Part shown: positions 31,268 to 32,107 of the stretch, piece by piece
How positions within the stretch are numbered: the stretch's first letter is position 1
How the letters are laid out: the number at the start of each line of letters is the position of its first letter
DNA from: a virus
Taxonomy: Duplodnaviria > Caudoviricetes
IMG/VR virus record: IMGVR_UViG_3300037991_003601
Span: 1-32,107 of that record
Direction: 5' to 3' (one strand)
Length of the DNA stretch: 32,107 nucleotides
Made by a program: the position numbers and the translations under genes
Notes under the pieces: generated by a model
Databases searched by the model: none
What the model saw: only the letters and a program-made list of their open reading frames with translations
What the model was told of the DNA's origin: nothing

Positions 31268-32107
31268 TTAATCCGCTAGAAATGCGGCAAGGTCGTTAAC
31301 CGAGAGTGGTCCTTTCCGATCCAGGATTTTTGCTTTTTCTTTCTGCTTCCGAGTAGTCGAGTTTTCGATTGGCGGGGATGCATCTCCTCCATCTGTAGGA
31401 GGTGGAGCCTTACGCTTTTTGACTACCTTCTTGGGAGCCTTTGCGGATTGCTCGGCTTTTAATGCTTCAATGCCTCTGACGAGAGTTGCGGCGATAAAGT
31501 CACCATTAGGGAGGTTATCCAGTACATTGCCGTATTGGTTTCGTAACTGGTTATAGGTTTCTCTTCGGGATTCGGATATGTCATCATCTTTCGATGAATC
31601 CATCCACGGGTGGGTATTGATTGTGTCCCTACTCCACTGGCTTTTTTCCCTTAGATACTCACTCCTCTGAGGAATCTTTTCAGTAAGGTATTCGTCCGCC
31701 TGGGTAAGGATATTGCGAATGTCATCATCGCTATATTCCTTGCCATCGACCTCTACGAAATCCTTGCCTATATGTTGAAGTGCAAACTTCTTGGCCGCCT
31801 GTGCTTCCCGCTTCAAATTTTCCAAGTCTTCAAACGATTGAATGTTTTCTAACTCGGGTTGAGACGCTGGCGATTGACTGCCTCCTGATTGCTTGAGGTT
31901 TTGAATCTCACTCTTGAGCGACTCCACTGTTTCTTCTGCTGATTTTGCTCGAGCAGTAAGACGCGAAATCTGTTTAAGAGTTTTCTTGAGAGCCTTTGGA
32001 GTTTCCTCCTCTACCTCTTCTTCAACCTCTTCCTCTTCGGTATCCTCTTCCGTTTCCTCCTCTTCAGATTCTTCGGTTACAGACTGTGAAAGAACATCTT
32101 CCTGGTC
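31268..32107 (-). CDS. Capsid scaffolding protein (5' end outside the window)
   Basis: Frame stays open from the track start at 31927 to the window edge; very acidic segment then KQISRLTARAKSAEE coiled coil; directly upstream of MCP. Confidence 0.8.
   Translation of the reverse strand, partial: DQEDVLSQSVTEESEEEETEEDTEEEEVEEEVEEETPKALKKTLKQISRLTARAKSAEETVESLKSEIQNLKQSGGSQSPASQPELENIQSFEDLENLKREAQAAKKFALQHIGKDFVEVDGKEYSDDDIRNILTQADEYLTEKIPQRSEYLREKSQWSRDTINTHPWMDSSKDDDISESRRETYNQLRNQYGNVLDNLPNGDFIAATLVRGIEALKAEQSAKAPKKVVKKRKAPPPTDGGDASPPIENSTTRKQKEKAKILDRKGPLSVNDLAAFLAD

Larger units (their letters stand above)
1..32107. mobile_element. Tailed dsDNA bacteriophage/prophage genome segment (podovirus-like gene order)
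   Basis: Capsid, scaffold, tail, internal virion proteins, PolA, primase, helicase, resolvase and TerS-like genes in phage-typical order with tight ATGA/TAATG coupling; no bacterial housekeeping genes and no tape measure gene. Confidence 0.97.

Noticed and set aside
31990-32080. TCTTCC-rich low-complexity tract as a tandem repeat element
   Set aside because: Explained by the poly-Glu region of the scaffold protein on the minus strand

Overview
This window is about 32 kb of a tailed dsDNA phage or prophage with podovirus-like organisation; almost all genes are on the minus strand. Reading the minus strand from the right end: scaffold (truncated by the window edge), major capsid protein, adaptor, tail fibre/spike genes, a small membrane/lysis cluster, nozzle, tail-collar protein and three internal (ejected) virion proteins. 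The largest (2166 aa) is a polyvalent protein with a zincin HExxH motif, a GNAT domain, an ART-like domain and a glycosylase-like domain. A replication/recombination module follows: xis-like HTH, RuvC-like resolvase, SSB-like protein, stand-alone DnaA domain IV, PD-(D/E)XK exonuclease, C5 DNA methyltransferase, compact family A DNA polymerase, HNH nuclease, dNMP kinase, AEP primase and AAA_25 helicase. A short plus-strand block at the left holds a terminase-small-subunit-like gene and a small operon. Most notable observations: (1) an exact in-frame 19-bp repeat (encoding KLFMPA) separates AT-richer enzyme cassettes inside the giant ejected protein; (2) the methyltransferase appears split across two fully overlapping reading frames that share one RBS (ATGTG), with motif IX only in the alternative frame; (3) two inverted dif/XerCD-like 28-bp sites flank the whole replication module, and no integrase is visible. 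All product calls come from motif recognition by eye, not database searches.
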